From contig OX597818.1 in assembly GCA_951406725.2 (NCBI GenBank), forward strand, positions 60,326,001 through 60,390,000: a stretch of DNA of 64,000 nt. Reading direction: 5' to 3'. How positions within the stretch are numbered: the stretch's first letter is position 1; each line of letters begins with the position of its first letter. The translations under genes were made by a program, and so were the position numbers. Below, in pieces: positions 1 through 15,179 of the stretch. The notes beneath the pieces were generated by a model. That model was not told where the DNA came from. It worked only from the letters and a program-made list of their open reading frames with translations, and ran no database searches. This stretch comes from Octopus vulgaris (taxonomy: Eukaryota).

Positions 1-105
1 ATTACCATTATCGCATTATTATTCCAGCAGTGTCATTTTTATTGCGTGATTTCACTGAACAATGGAACGCAACTCCGTACGCATGCTTGTGTTAGTATCA
101 ATACT

Positions 106-108
106 ATC

Positions 109-161
<53 letters not shown>

Positions 162-187
162 GGTGGTGGTAGTATTATTATTATTAT

Positions 188-221
<34 letters not shown>

Positions 222-629
222 GGTGGTGGTGGTGGTGGTGGTAGTGTGGTGGTGGTGGTGGTGGTGGTGGTATTAGTGGTGGTGGTGGTGGTGGTGGTAT
301 TGGTGGTGGTGGTGGTGGTGGTGGTGGTATTGGTGGTGGTGGTGGTGGTGGTGGTATTGGTGGTGGTGGTATTGGTGGTGGTGGTAGTTGTGGTGGTGGT
401 ATTGGTGGTGGTGGTGGTGGTGAAGGTGGTGGCTGTAGTGGTGGTGGTGGTGGTATTGGTGTTGGTGGCGGTGTTGGTGTCGGTGGTGGTAGTGGTGGTG
501 GTGGTGGTGGCTGTAGTGGTGGTATTGGTGGTGGTGGTGGTGGTGGTGGTGGTATTGGTGGTGGTGGTGGTGGTATTGGTGGTGGTGGTGGTGGTGGTGG
601 TGGTGGTGGTGGTATTGGTGGTGGTGATG

Positions 630-673
<44 letters not shown>

Positions 674-700
674 TGTGGTTGTGGTTGTGGTAGGCGGCGG
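106..700. repeat. Compound trinucleotide microsatellite (GTA)n/(GGT)n/(ATT)n
   Basis: Seen directly; source of the poly-V, poly-P and poly-H ORFs. Confidence 0.97.
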
Positions 701-1099
701 CGGTGATCGATGCTAGCTGTCGTGTGTACTAAACCAACGCGCTTGGTATCGTGCAACCATCCGGACGACGTCTCTGTTGTGCGAGGCAACTCACGGCAGA
801 TGTCTGTCTTCCATGCCAGATTGTCGCTCTCCATGATCCGATATCAATGGTTACAACTTCACATTTGTTCTATTCAATATCAAAAGCATTGAATGTTATG
901 CTTCAGGATGTGACTCGTTCTCGAGATGGCATGTGGCATAGAACGTCTCTTCTTGGATTCGGCTTATATGTGACAATAATAATAATTATCTGTATTAAAT
1001 GTAGATACATATAGCCATTATTACAAATGACATTTTCTCGGCAACAATTGCATTATTCCCTCGCTATTATACGCGTATGTGTGCACATATATGCATATA

Positions 1100-2022
1100 C
1101 ATCCATACATACATACATACATACATACATACATACATACATACATACATACATTCATATACGCGATTGTGTGTATATATATGTGAATATATATGTATAT
1201 ACATATATATGTATATACATATATATATATGTACACAAACACACATATATATAAGCACATATATGTATATATGTATATATGAATAAGTACATATATATGT
1301 GTGTGTGTATATATATATACATACACACATCTATATTTGCATATACATATATATATATATGTATATATATATATTTGCATATACATATATATACATACAT
1401 ATATATATGTATACATATATATATGTATATATGCATGCCTTATGTATATATATATATGTACATATACATATATATATATATATAAACACATGCATATATG
1501 TATATATGTATATACATATGTGTATATGTATATAAATAAGTATATATATATGTGTGTGTATATATAAACATACATATATGTATATTTGTAAATACATATA
1601 TATGTATACATATATATGCATATATGCATGTATTATGTATGTATATATAGTTATATATATATGTATATATATGGATACATATACATATATATATATATAT
1701 GTATACATATATATATGTATGTATATATGTAAGTATGTACTCACACATTAATCATTTATACACACATATATACACAGTGCGTTCGTATAACTTTGGTTTT
1801 ACAAACAGGATAAATAGAATTGAGTGCATAACAGAGAGTGTATATATATGTATTTGTACATATTTATAAATATATTACACGAAAGGACATATACGCGTAT
1901 GTCTGTGCGTGTATATGTATACATATGCATACATAAATATAAACATGTGTGTATGTATATGTATATATATGTATGTTTATATGTAAGTATATATGTCTGG
2001 GTGTGGGCGTGTGTGTATGTGT

Positions 2023-2072
<50 letters not shown>

Positions 2073-2090
2073 CTGTGTGTGTATAAGCAC
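1100..2090. repeat. Compound (TACA)n/(TA)n/(TG)n microsatellite tract
   Basis: Seen directly; produces the YI/HT/CV ORFs. Confidence 0.97.
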
Positions 2091-2437
2091 AGAGAAGAAA
2101 CAAATTTTCTTTCAAATATATTACGGTAGGCGTTCCGTTGCTTTCGACGATGAATATTCGATTGTCTTGCTCGGTGAGTTTTTACACGGAAATTTAGCGT
2201 ACAAGTGGTTGAGTATTCCTCCAGTTTAACCCACTATGAGATTTACAGATAGAATCTAAAGTAAAAAGTGGGAGTGGAAAAATATATGCGCGTGTGTGCA
2301 TGTGTGCGTGAGCACTGTGCTGTGTGTGTGTGTGTGTATCTATCTATGCATATTTGTGTGAGTATTTTTACACACACGCACATATTATATACATATTTAT
2401 GTATGTACGTATGTATGTATGTATGTATCATTGTATC

Positions 2438-2488
<51 letters not shown>

Positions 2489-2559
2489 GCATATTTGTGT
2501 GGGTATGTTTACAGACACACATACATACTTATACAGAGAGACATATATACATGTAATGT

Positions 2560-3400
2560 CTTAATCTAGAGAAAGGATGGGACAGCTGCAAGTTCTTTCT
2601 CCCTTTCTTCTCAAAGTTGTTCGTAAAAGCTGCAAAGCAGGCGTTGGTCGAGAACCAATTCCAAACAGTTGGCATTGTGGGCAAATAGGAATAAGCAAAA
2701 TGATTAATCCTGGTTGCGAATAGGACATGGGTGACAGAAAGTAGACGTTCGAGCCTGGAGTGTTTGGATTGTTGTATCACGAGACCAACTAACTTTGAGA
2801 AATAGGTTTCCGCAAACGTATGAGTGCAAATGGCGGCAATAAAGGATACCATATACGTGATGTCTTTGAGTGTTTTGGTAAGGAACTTCCCTCCGTCAGT
2901 CCTGTTTTGTGATGCCGTCTACAATGCCTCTAAGTCATCTATGTGGCATAGCAATATCTTATAGAGTGTTAGTACCTCATTGTGTGAGTACCTCATTGCG
3001 TATTGTACCTTATTTTGTAAATAGCTCCATGAACAAATCCACAGAAACAAATACATGCGTTAGAGTATTACCAATCCTCTTCAAACCACCTTGTTGAGAG
3101 TTGAAAAATTTTGTGGCTCTGAAGGGAATGATCTCATTTCCTGCTGATATCCTGGTGAGTGACGAATGCACGAGAAGAGAGGAATTTAGATAAACATAGA
3201 CACCGTCTTTTAAAGTGAAATTTGGGTGTAACCCGGACATTAGACATGCGTTATTGATAAGGGATAAGAGATTTATATCTGGGATAGGCACAGCATTCGT
3301 AGTATACATAGCACTTGGAGATTATATCTGTACTACAATAAAGTAATTTGCATATAAATTAGTTTGGGGGTATGTAACTTTTACTGAAAGAAACCAGTTT
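2560..3400 (-). mobile_element. Decayed 3' part of a CR1/Jockey-group LINE ORF2
   Basis: Minus-strand translation ...SKLVGLVIQQSKHSRLERL...TRINHFAYSYLPTMPTVWNWF... resembles the post-RT C-terminal block (R-T-x-H-x-x-S-F-x-P-R-T-x-x-x-W-N) of CR1/Jockey-type LINEs. Many stops and frameshifts. Confidence 0.5.
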
Positions 3401-4021
3401 TTAAAGTCTACACTGTCTAGAAAATTCGTAGAAACTCTAATTTTGGGTTATTTTAAAAATAAAAATATGGCTTCAAATTTCTTTAATTGTTGACGATTTT
3501 AGCCTTAGATAACTAGTCATTTTTCACCGCGAGAATGCTTTTCTTAGCACTACGAGATTGTGTTTCCTGTCTATCTTTTCTCTCTTTTATACACTTTCTG
3601 TCCCTACTTCCTACAGACATATCAGTATAAATATTTCTCCAAATTATAAATTTAATCCAATATCTGCCAAGTTATGCTAATATCTGTATATTTGTGTGAT
3701 TTTTGAAGAAAAAAATGAGCTGAGAAAGTAAAATGGTTTTAATTTACTTACGTCAAGTCTGCGAAATATAAATTTGGCTAAATTACAAATGGAATTTTTC
3801 GTTGTTGAGCGCAATGTTTAAAGAAATAGCCTTTTTTATGTAGGAGACTGTTACAGAAGAAGACGAGCACTATAATTTGAAATTTCTTATATAATTCCGT
3901 TGCCGAGAACAATGTTTGCGTCACCATAGTTCATAAAATGAACGAGAATTTGAAAAAATATTCGGATCTCTGTACATCAGTGAATGGCAATGCATTTATT
4001 ACGTGCATACATACATACATG

Positions 4022-4104
<83 letters not shown>

Positions 4105-4106
4105 CC

Positions 4107-4158
4107 GTCTCCGATGAAGGGATATAATTAATTAATATCCTGGAAACAGCTGTAAGAC
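4107..4158 (+). ncRNA. Minimal type I hammerhead-ribozyme motif (U4C core variant) in a PLE terminal-repeat remnant next to (TA)n
   Basis: GTCT-CCGATGA-AGGGATAT..ATATCCT-G-GAAAC-AGCT-GTA-AGAC. Helix I GTCT/AGAC, helix II, palindromic helix III ACAGCTGT, GUA cleavage triplet. Confidence 0.7.
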
Positions 4159-5043
4159 CTTCTATCTATAAATGTTCTAATATCTACACACCCTTGGTTT
4201 TCTTTTATCTCATTATGCAAGAAATTCTTACACACACACACACATATACATGTATATATATATATATATCACAACCATTTAAAACATAAGATTGAATCTA
4301 TATGTATGCATGTGTGTATGTATGTATGTATGTATGTATGTATGTATGTATGTATGTATGTATGTATGTATGTATGCATACATGTATGTAAATCTGGCCT
4401 CTGAAGCATGTATAAAGTGACAAAACGTTATTTTTTTGTGGAAAAAAGGCAGTGCTTTTAAGTTGTTCTCTTGGCAACCACTTGGTTCCAATTTTGATTT
4501 TTCTGTACAACACACAAGGCCAGTGCCCCATAGCGCAACCATTGCGAAACCTTGTGAGCGATAATTATGTAGAACTAGTCATATACGCACAAATGCACAT
4601 TAACATACACACATACTCACACAAACGTACATACACACATACTCACACAAACGTACATACACACATACATCCACAAACGAACATGCTCACATATTTATAC
4701 ACATTATTGGCCAATTGGAAACCTGTTACCGATGATGGTATTGTTTAATAAAATAATGTTAAAAAATATAATTGCGGGGAAAAAATTGAGATTGAATTTC
4801 AAAATGGAAAACAAAAAAAATTCAAAAATATTTTATCAGAAATGATTTTAATTGGGCTTGCCAGAGCTGTCAAGAGAAATTCGCTCAGAATTATATTTCT
4901 CAGTCTGTCTTCTGTGTCTCTGTCTCATATATATATATATGTGTGTGTGTGTGTATGTGTGTGTGTGTGTGTGCGTGTGTGTGCGTCTGTCTGTGTGTCT
5001 GTGTGTGTAGATACATACAAACGCATACACACGCACACACACT

Positions 5044-5074
<31 letters not shown>

Positions 5075-5085
5075 GCAGATACATA

Positions 5086-5440
5086 TTTCGGTCATTAGAC
5101 TGCGGCCATTCTGGGGCACCGCTGCGAAGAAATTTTAGTCGAATGACTCGACCACAGTACTCACTTTTTATGTGGAGCCTGGTACTGATTCTATCGGTAT
5201 CTGTTGCCAAACCGCTTGGTTACGGGGACGTTAACACACCAACACCGGTTGTAAAACGTTGGTGGGGACAAACACACACACACACACTCCTTTTTCTTCC
5301 AGTTTCCGTCACTCTCACAGGACTTCGTGCGGCCCGAGGCTATAGTAGAAACACTTGCCCAAGGTGCCACGCAGTGGGACAGAATCCGGAACCATGTGAT
5401 TGGTAAGCAAGCTACTTACCACACTGCCACGCCTATGCCT
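5086..5440 (-). mobile_element. SINE family B (tRNA-like head, CCTTGGGCAAGTG block, internal CA/TA microsatellite)
   Basis: Homologous to the copies at 10602, 47725, 51743 and 56918. Confidence 0.85.
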
Positions 5441-5871
5441 ACGTATACATATATATACACACAAACTTGCGTACATACACACAAGAGGACGTGAGTATTC
5501 TTCTCATTTTACTTGTATTCAACAAATAGACTAAAATTTACTTCGGTGCTATGTAAAAGTCCGAGATGATCCTTCAATCGGATACACAAAGCGGTTAAAA
5601 CAATATTGGGGCGAAGTTTATCCCAACTTAAATACTTTCACGTAAAGGAGAATCTGGATGAACTGGGATTTTTAGAAAGAGAAATCGATCGGCTAATTCG
5701 TACTTTGTGAGTGGAACAATAAAAATATGCAACACTTTTCTCAAGTTCCAAATGTGAATTTGTCTGTGTTAACTACATCCCAAAGATGAAGCCTTGTATC
5801 TTTGTTTGAAACCGGTTCCTTCCACGGTGGAAGATTTATGATAAATATAAAAAGAGACTTACAGACCTACA

Positions 5872-5904
<33 letters not shown>

Positions 5905-6339
5905 CATACATACAAACATACATACATACATACATACATACATACATACATACATACATACATACATACATACATACATACACACACATAGATTTCGTCG
6001 ATGAATATTGCATGTTTCAGGCTTATGATGCAGTCAGAATAATGTTAAGCTTGTGGTGGTTTTCAAAAATGTTTATGAATAGAAAATGTTCTAACATGGA
6101 TTTAAAGAAGACGAAGGAAAAGAGAAAACGGTAAGAGAACGAAAGAAGGAAAGAAATTATTTATTCTTAATAAGGTTTTCTGTAATGTCAATTATGTTTA
6201 AATTACTTTTTTTTTTTTTTTTTTGGTTTAAATTTCTGAAAAATAAAAAGATTAAAAAAAAAACAAGAAGCAGTTGGAACGAAATGAGTAAAATTAGAAG
6301 AAAAATTAAGAAGGGAAAGAAGAAAATAGCAGAGGAGAA

Positions 6340-6402
6340 TCGTAGGAGGGGAAGAGGAGGAGGTGACGAAGGAGTAGGAGGAGGAAAAGAATGATGATGA
6401 TT

Positions 6403-6479
<77 letters not shown>

Positions 6480-6770
6480 GAGAAGAAGAAGAATAGGAGG
6501 AAGAAGAAGAATAGGAGGAGGAAGAAGAAGAATAGGAGGAGGAGGAGGAGAACATGCAAAGAAGAAGAAGAAGAACAAGAAGAAGAGCAACAACAAGATG
6601 ATTATGAAAACGAAGATGACGATGATGAGGTTGATGATGGTGATGATGATAATGATAAGTTTGAGTATGAAGATAATGATGATGATAATGATGCGGATAA
6701 GGATGATGAAGACGATGATAATGAGCATGATGAGGTGAAATTAAAAAAAGCAAATGATGATGATTGTGGC
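6340..6770. repeat. Compound (AAT)/(GAA)/(GGA)/(GAT) microsatellite
   Basis: Seen directly. Confidence 0.95.
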
Positions 6771-7020
6771 AAGGAAAAAAAACAAACAGACAAAAAGTAC
6801 AAGTCTGTAAATGTAGGAAAAAATATTAAAAAAAATGACTGAGGTTAAATTATCGTGAAACGACATTGAAATATCTGAAGACAAGCTTCGTGAAAAAAAT
6901 CAGGTTTTATATAAAAAGAGAAAAAAAAGAAAGATGGACGTAGAAACATGGCGGATAGATATATTAGTTTAAAACTAATTCCAAACTAGGGAGGGAAAAA
7001 AAGAATAACACAGAAATCCT

Positions 7021-7036
7021 AATAATGACGGTGTTG

Positions 7037-7090
<54 letters not shown>

Positions 7091-7331
7091 ACGATGATGA
7101 TGATGATGATGATGATATCGAGAAGGAAGAGGGAGTTGGTGGTGGTGATGAAGATGATGATGGTGATGATAATGATGATGATGATGATGATGATTACGAT
7201 GATGATGATGATTACGATGATGATGATATTGAGAAGGAAGAGGGAGTTGGTGGTGGTGATGATGATGACGATGATTACAATGATGATGATGATGATGATG
7301 ATATTGTGAAGGAAGAGGGAGTTGGTGGTGG

Positions 7332-7381
<50 letters not shown>

Positions 7382-7628
7382 GTGACGATAATAATGATGA
7401 TGATGAAGATGATGATATTGAGAAGGAAGAGGGAGTTGGTGGTGGTGATGAAGATGATGATGGTGATGATAATGATGATGATGATGATGATGATTACGAT
7501 GATGATGATGATTACGATGATGATGATATTGAGAAGGAAGAGGGAGTTGGTGGTGGTGATGATGATGACGATGATTACAATGATGATGATGATGATGATA
7601 TTGTGAAGGAAGAGGGAGTTGGTGGTGG

Positions 7629-7660
<32 letters not shown>

Positions 7661-7760
7661 GTGACGATAATAATGATGATGATGAAGATGATGATATTGA
7701 GAAGGAAGAGGGAGTTGGTGGTGGTGTTGATGAAGATGACGATGGTGATGATGATGGTAG
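7021..7760 (+). repeat. Higher-order minisatellite: (GAT)n tracts punctuated by seven copies of GATATTGWGAAGGAAGAGGGAGTTGGTGGTGGT, with a ~300-bp three-subunit period
   Basis: The anchor motif recurs near 7115, 7227, 7301, 7415, 7527, 7600 and 7694. Confidence 0.9.
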
Positions 7761-7810
7761 TATTAGTAGTAGTAGTAGTAGTAATAGTTGTAATAGTAAT
7801 AATAATAATG

Positions 7811-7865
<55 letters not shown>

Positions 7866-8376
7866 CAACAACAACAACAGCAATAATAGCGCAGTAATTA
7901 AAGCAACGACGACAATAATGATAATAGTAGTGGTAACCATAATAACAACAACAATATCACCTAAAATTTCATAGCTCTATAGAAATTTTATTGAGCACTC
8001 ACGTGTACAGGTCATTTTCTTCCTTTATTTTTTAAAATTTACCCAGTCCTAGCGCTTCTCAACATTATATAATCATGAAATGTATGAAGAACATCATATC
8101 CGTTATCTACCTCAGCAGTCCGTTTGGCGCCTGGTGGTGGTGGTGGTGGTGTGTGTGTGTGTGTATTGGGAGGGTGATGAGTAGATGCAGCAGATATCAA
8201 GGAAAGTAAAAATGTTTTTCCATGATGATAATAATAATAATAATAATAATAACAATAATAATAATAATAATAATAATATTAATAATAATAATAATAACAA
8301 CAATAATAATAATGATAATAATAATAATAATATTAATAATAATAAAATAGTAATAATAATAATGATGATGATGATG

Positions 8377-8466
<90 letters not shown>

Positions 8467-8578
8467 TAATAATGTTAATAAATAACAATAATAGAATATT
8501 GATAATAACAAAATAATATAATATTAATAATAATAATAATAATAGTAATAATAATAATAATAATAAATAATAATAATG

Positions 8579-8639
<61 letters not shown>

Positions 8640-8830
8640 AAATAATAATGATAATAATAATAATGACAATGATAGTAATAACAACAACAATAGCAATAAC
8701 AAGAATAATGATGATAATAAAAATAATGATGATAATGATGATAATGATGATGATGATGATGATGACGATGATGATGATGATGATGATGATGATGATAGTA
8801 ATAATAATAATAGTCTGTATTGGACATGAT
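7761..8830. repeat. (AAT)n/(GAT)n/(AAC)n microsatellite tracts
   Basis: Seen directly; interrupted by ~250 bp of unique sequence. Confidence 0.93.
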
Positions 8831-9159
8831 TATTATTACCATTTTGGTAAAGGTGTCTGGGTTGTTTAGAATGAGTGATTCTTAATTTTATAGCGAGAGA
8901 AACCGTGTGAAAAGAGCAATAATTACCCGGCGTATGTTAAGTAATAACGAAGGCTGGAGACGACGCTCGACTGCAGAGTATTGTATGGAGAGGCTGACTG
9001 TAATCCTGTAGGTTATGTTGGAGAATGTCAAGCTACATTAAATTTAGTAAATAAATGAAGATTTGAGTGTGAAAACGAATAAATAAGTTTTCTGTAAAAT
9101 GGTGGCGAATAAACGTGAGTTGGTTGGCGGAGTAGATAATAGAAATATAAATCTTTTAT

Positions 9160-9710
9160 AGTTTGCTTTTACAAGTCTCGGTCGTTTTGCTGCGGCCATG
9201 TTGGGGCACTGCCTTGAATGGGTTAGCCGAACAAATTGACCAGGGTAGTTACGTTTTTTTTTATAAATATATAATTCTGTATTTATTCGTAATTGTCTTT
9301 TGTGGAACCGATGAGCTACGAGAACGTAAACAAACCTACACCGCTTGTCAAGCGTTGAGGGGAAAAGCACAAACACACAAACACACACATACACACATAT
9401 GTATATATCTGTTATAGTTAGCTTTTATAAGGCTCGGTCGTTTTGCTGCGGCCATGTTGGGGCACTGCCTTGAATGGGTTAGACGAACAAATTGACCACG
9501 GTGAACGCAATTAAAACAACGCTATATATGCGACAAGCTTTCTCTGTTTCCGTGTACGAAATTTACTCACTAGGTATTGGTTGGCCTAAGACTGTAATAA
9601 AAAATTAATTACTCAAGGCACCGCACAATGGGTTTGAACTGGAAATCTTTTTGGAATCATGTGGTTGCAAAGCAAACTATTTAACCACACAACCCAGTCA
9701 GCAGCATGTA
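9160..9710 (-). mobile_element. Degenerate SINE family B with an internal tandem duplication of its 3' end
   Basis: CTCGGTCGTTTTGCTGCGGCCATGTTGGGGCACTGCCTTGAATGGGTTAG occurs at ~9177 and ~9433; a decayed head lies at 9610-9705. Confidence 0.7.
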
Positions 9711-10601
9711 AAAAATTGTAAAAGAAAAAAATTAAAATAAAAGAAAACAAACAGTTTTTCAAGTTTAGAAAATAAAAAGCTAAAATTAAAAGAGAGAAAT
9801 ATAGAAACAAAAAAACGATAAAGAGATGGGAATGGAAGAAGCTAAAAGAATATGGTGGGAAGAATTCAAAGGGGGAATTAAAGAATGAGGAAATGAAAGA
9901 ACTATGCTCGTGGAATAGAATTTTGAAACAACTGAAGAAGGAAGGAAATGGGCTTTAAATTTTTTAAATATGATAAAGAACGTTTAAGGTTAAATGTGAA
10001 GTTTCAGTTTCTGGTTAATTATGGGTAATTAAGTAATTGAATAATTAAAAGCAAAGGGAATAAGCTTAAGGTATAGAAACATGGGTTGAAGTTTAGTGTA
10101 AGGGAGAGTGGTCGGAGATAAAAAATAGAGTGATGAGTGAAGATTCAGAAAATAAAAGGAAAGATTGATTATTGAAAGATGAGAGGTTAAATAATATAAA
10201 GAAAAGAAGTGAAAAACTCGGTCGTTGTAATTAATACAACATTAAATCAAAATCGCCATCTACGTATCATATTAAATGTATATACTGGGTTGAAAGTTAT
10301 GATGGCGTGGTTTTTGTCTGAGAGAAAAATCTCTTCATAGGTATGTATCAAAATGCAATTTACGTTGGAGTGAAGCGAACGAACGACGGCACTGTAGAGA
10401 TTCGTGGACACGGTGGATTTATTTTGCCCTGCTTTGGAGCTTGTTGATACCGTGCATCTGTCTGTCACTTACTTAGAGGAAATTCATGATTCGATACGTA
10501 GGAAACAGGGAATAATACACTCACTGATATTGCAGAAAGCACGGCGAGCTGTAAGAAAAGTCGGTGAACGCAATTAAAACAACATTAAATTACAATAGCC
10601 A

Positions 10602-10915
10602 TCTCTTTCTCTTTCTCTTTTACTTGTTTCAGTCATTTGAGTGCGGCCATGCTGGAGCACCGCCTTTAGTCGAGCAAATCGACCCCAGGACTTATTCTAT
10701 CGGTCTGTTTGCCGAACCGCTAAGTTACGGGGAGGTAAACACACCACCATCGGTTGTCAAGCGATGTTGGGCGAACAAACACAGACACACAAACATATAA
10801 ACACACACACACATACATACATACATAAATACATACATACATTATATATATATATATATATATATATATGCATGTATATATATGTATATGTATACATACA
10901 TACATACATACATAC

Positions 10916-11006
<91 letters not shown>

Positions 11007-11203
11007 TGTATATATATATATATATATGGGTATGTATACATACATTCGACAGGCTTCTTTCAGTTTCTGTCTACCAAATCCACTCACAAGGCTTTGGTCG
11101 GCCCGAGACTACAGTAGAAGACACTTGCCCAAGGTGCCACGCAGTGGGAATGAACCCAGAACCATGTGGTTCGTAATCAAGCTACTTGCCACACGGCCAC
11201 TCC
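10602..11203 (-). mobile_element. SINE family B, near full length, with expanded internal TA tract
   Basis: Tail TTTTACTTGTTTCAGTCATTTG..., body, and head ...ACACGGCCACTCC match the other copies. Confidence 0.92.
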
Positions 11204-11484
11204 AGCACCACTGTGTAGATGTCTGTTTAAAAGCACGGTACTGTGGTCTTTGTGAGAAAACCTTTTCATAGACATGTATGAGAAATACAGAATATCAGAG
11301 CGAGCATATTGCAGCCATGACTCATGAGAACGACAGAGGAGTTTGGCCCTGCTTGAGGCGAGCTTTCTAAAATATCATGGAATGGATATGATTATGCTTC
11401 CCTGAGGGTCTGGCAGAAGACCACACAATATAGTGGGTGAGGGGAAGAGAGAATAATGTGTCGAGTGGGCTTGAGCAATAATAG

Positions 11485-11660
11485 TAGATGTGCATTATTT
11501 ACATTAGTTACATCGTTTAAATTTGACGGATATTTGTCCTCATCTTGTTTGTTGTTAACACAACGTTTTCGGCTGATATACCCTCCAGCCTTCATCAGGT
11601 GTGCTAGGGAAATTTCGAACCTGGGTTCTCATTCCTAAAATATTTTTCGATGTTGTAGTT
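11485..11660 (-). mobile_element. Short HHR-bearing PLE-like repeat (family H1), copy 1
   Basis: Homologous to 26703-26890 and 45175-45320. Minus strand 11558-11602 reads ACAC-CTGATGA-A-GGCTG..CAGCC-GAAAACGTT-GTGT. Confidence 0.8.
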
Positions 11661-11672
11661 GTTGTTGTCATT

Positions 11673-12267
11673 CGATCTCGGCGGAATTTGAACTGGTACT
11701 TATTTAATCGACCCCGAAAGGATGAAAGGCAAAGTCGACCTCGGCGGAATTTGAACTCAGAACGTAGCGGCAGACGAAATACCTATTTCTTTACTACCCA
11801 CAAGGGGCTAAACACAGAGGGGACAAACAAGAACAGACAAGCGGATTAAGTTGATTATATCGACCCCATTGCGTAAGTGGTACCTAATTTATCGACCCCG
11901 AAAGGATGAAAGGCAAAGTCGACCTCGGCGGAATTTGAACTCAGAACGTAGCGTCAAACTAAATACCTATTTCTTTACTACCCACAAGGGACTAAACACA
12001 GAGAGGACAAACAAGGACAGACAGACGAAATACCTATTTCTATTTCTTTACAAGGGGCTAAACACAGAGTGGACAAACAAGGACAGACATACGGATTAAG
12101 TCGATCACATCGACCACAGTGCGTAACTGGTACTTAATTTATCGACCCCGAAAGGATGAAAGGCAAAGTCGACCTCGGCGGAATTTGAACTCAGAACGTA
12201 ACGGGCAGACGAAATACCGCTTAGTATTTCGCCCTGCGTTCTAACGATTCTGCCTGCTTGTCGCCTA
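11673..12267 (-). mobile_element. Tandem multimer of SINE family C (Meta-domain-like CTTTCATCCTTTCGGGGTCGAT...AAGTACCAG block)
   Basis: Three or more repeats of CGACCCCGAAAGGATGAAAGGCAAAGTCGACCTCGGCGGAATTTGAACTCAGAACGTA, with a single head at 12200-12267. Confidence 0.9.
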
Positions 12268-12808
12268 GATATTCCACAATATCAGTGTATATATGTGTGT
12301 GTATGTGTGTTGTGTGCTGTGTGCTGCACAAACACTTCATTGTAACAGAAAAAATACCAGCTCAACGTTATCGTCCATTTTCTCCTGACGAAAGGTTACT
12401 AACCCTGAAATATTTAATATTTATAATGTAAAACGTAAACTGTTTTTCTCTCCCCGTTGCTTTTGTTTTCCTTTCTATATTTCAATTTATATTGTATTGG
12501 TTTTTGGACGATTTCATTAAGTTTAGCCTTAAATATCACACAATGATTCGTTCAAACTAAACAACTTAAACATGCCCAAACATGCGCACGCAGGCGTACA
12601 TGCACATACACACGCAGACACACGCACGCACAAATACACACACACAGAGTTGTATGCACGGTCTCTACACAATACCCATCTAATAATCTCATTCAAGAGG
12701 TCATCTCACTAAGAACACACAGACTCGCATATAAATATTTATTTATATAGCGAGATATATATCGTATTAATATAAAGATATATAATTATATGTGTGGACG
12801 TCTATAAC

Positions 12809-12888
<80 letters not shown>

Positions 12889-13479
12889 TATATATGTTTG
12901 TATATATATATGTGCATGTGTTTGTGTCTGTGTCCGTATAAGTGGTTGTGTGTGTGTGTGTGCGCGCGGTTTTGTTCACAGCGCATCGCAAAGTAATGGC
13001 CTCCATAGCGAACAATTTAATATGCATTATTCGAATATATCTTTTCTGTTCAGTCGAAAGAAGTCAGAATACAGCGACACTGGGTTTTTGTCTTCTTTCA
13101 ATCTCTCTCTCCCTACCTCACCTTTCTTCCTCTCTCTCTCTCTCTCTCCCCCCCTCTCTCTCTCTCTCTCTCGCTCTCTTTCTCATTCACTCACATCCAC
13201 GTATAAACATACATATACACATGCATACACGCGTGCGCTGTGTATCTCTCGTCATCGCTGCATCTGTCACTCTTGAACGACCAGGACTCGCTAGCATGTA
13301 CCTTCGCTTCGCTAATTGTTTTACGTGCTCATGCATTCCTGATACATGCCTGCGTGCGTACATTTGTTCTGTTTGCGTGTGTACAACGTAAAGCGCGGCA
13401 AGGAAACCTCACCAAGACTCTGGCGTAATGGTTGAAGGCCAAGGCGGGATGGAAGTTTCATAAAAGTGCAAGTAAACCA

Positions 13480-15044
<1,565 letters not shown>

Positions 15045-15179
15045 CCGACTAAATGGGTTATCGATAACCATTATCTCGTGCACATATATTCTGATGGATA
15101 TGAATAACTATAACACACGCATATTTTAGTACATGCATATAATGTGTGTATATATATATATATATATGTGAACGAGTGA

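Noticed and set aside
187-834. Pro-rich ORF as a formin/WASP/extensin-like gene
   Set aside because: The proline tract is a (CCA)n microsatellite, no folded domain follows, and the frame stops within the repeat.
3480-3535. Hammerhead-like remnant on the minus strand (also 5780-5820, 26090-26140, 50414-50425, 52285-52310, 61910-61965)
   Set aside because: Only half-motifs or heavily decayed cores; not supportable individually.
9850-10200. Possible L1/Tx1 APE endonuclease remnant (minus-strand ISDHSPL)
   Set aside because: A single short motif in low-complexity sequence.
11673-12267. Repeated units with intervening sequence resembling a CRISPR array
   Set aside because: The apparent spacers are themselves repeated parts of a SINE; the context is eukaryotic and there are no cas genes.
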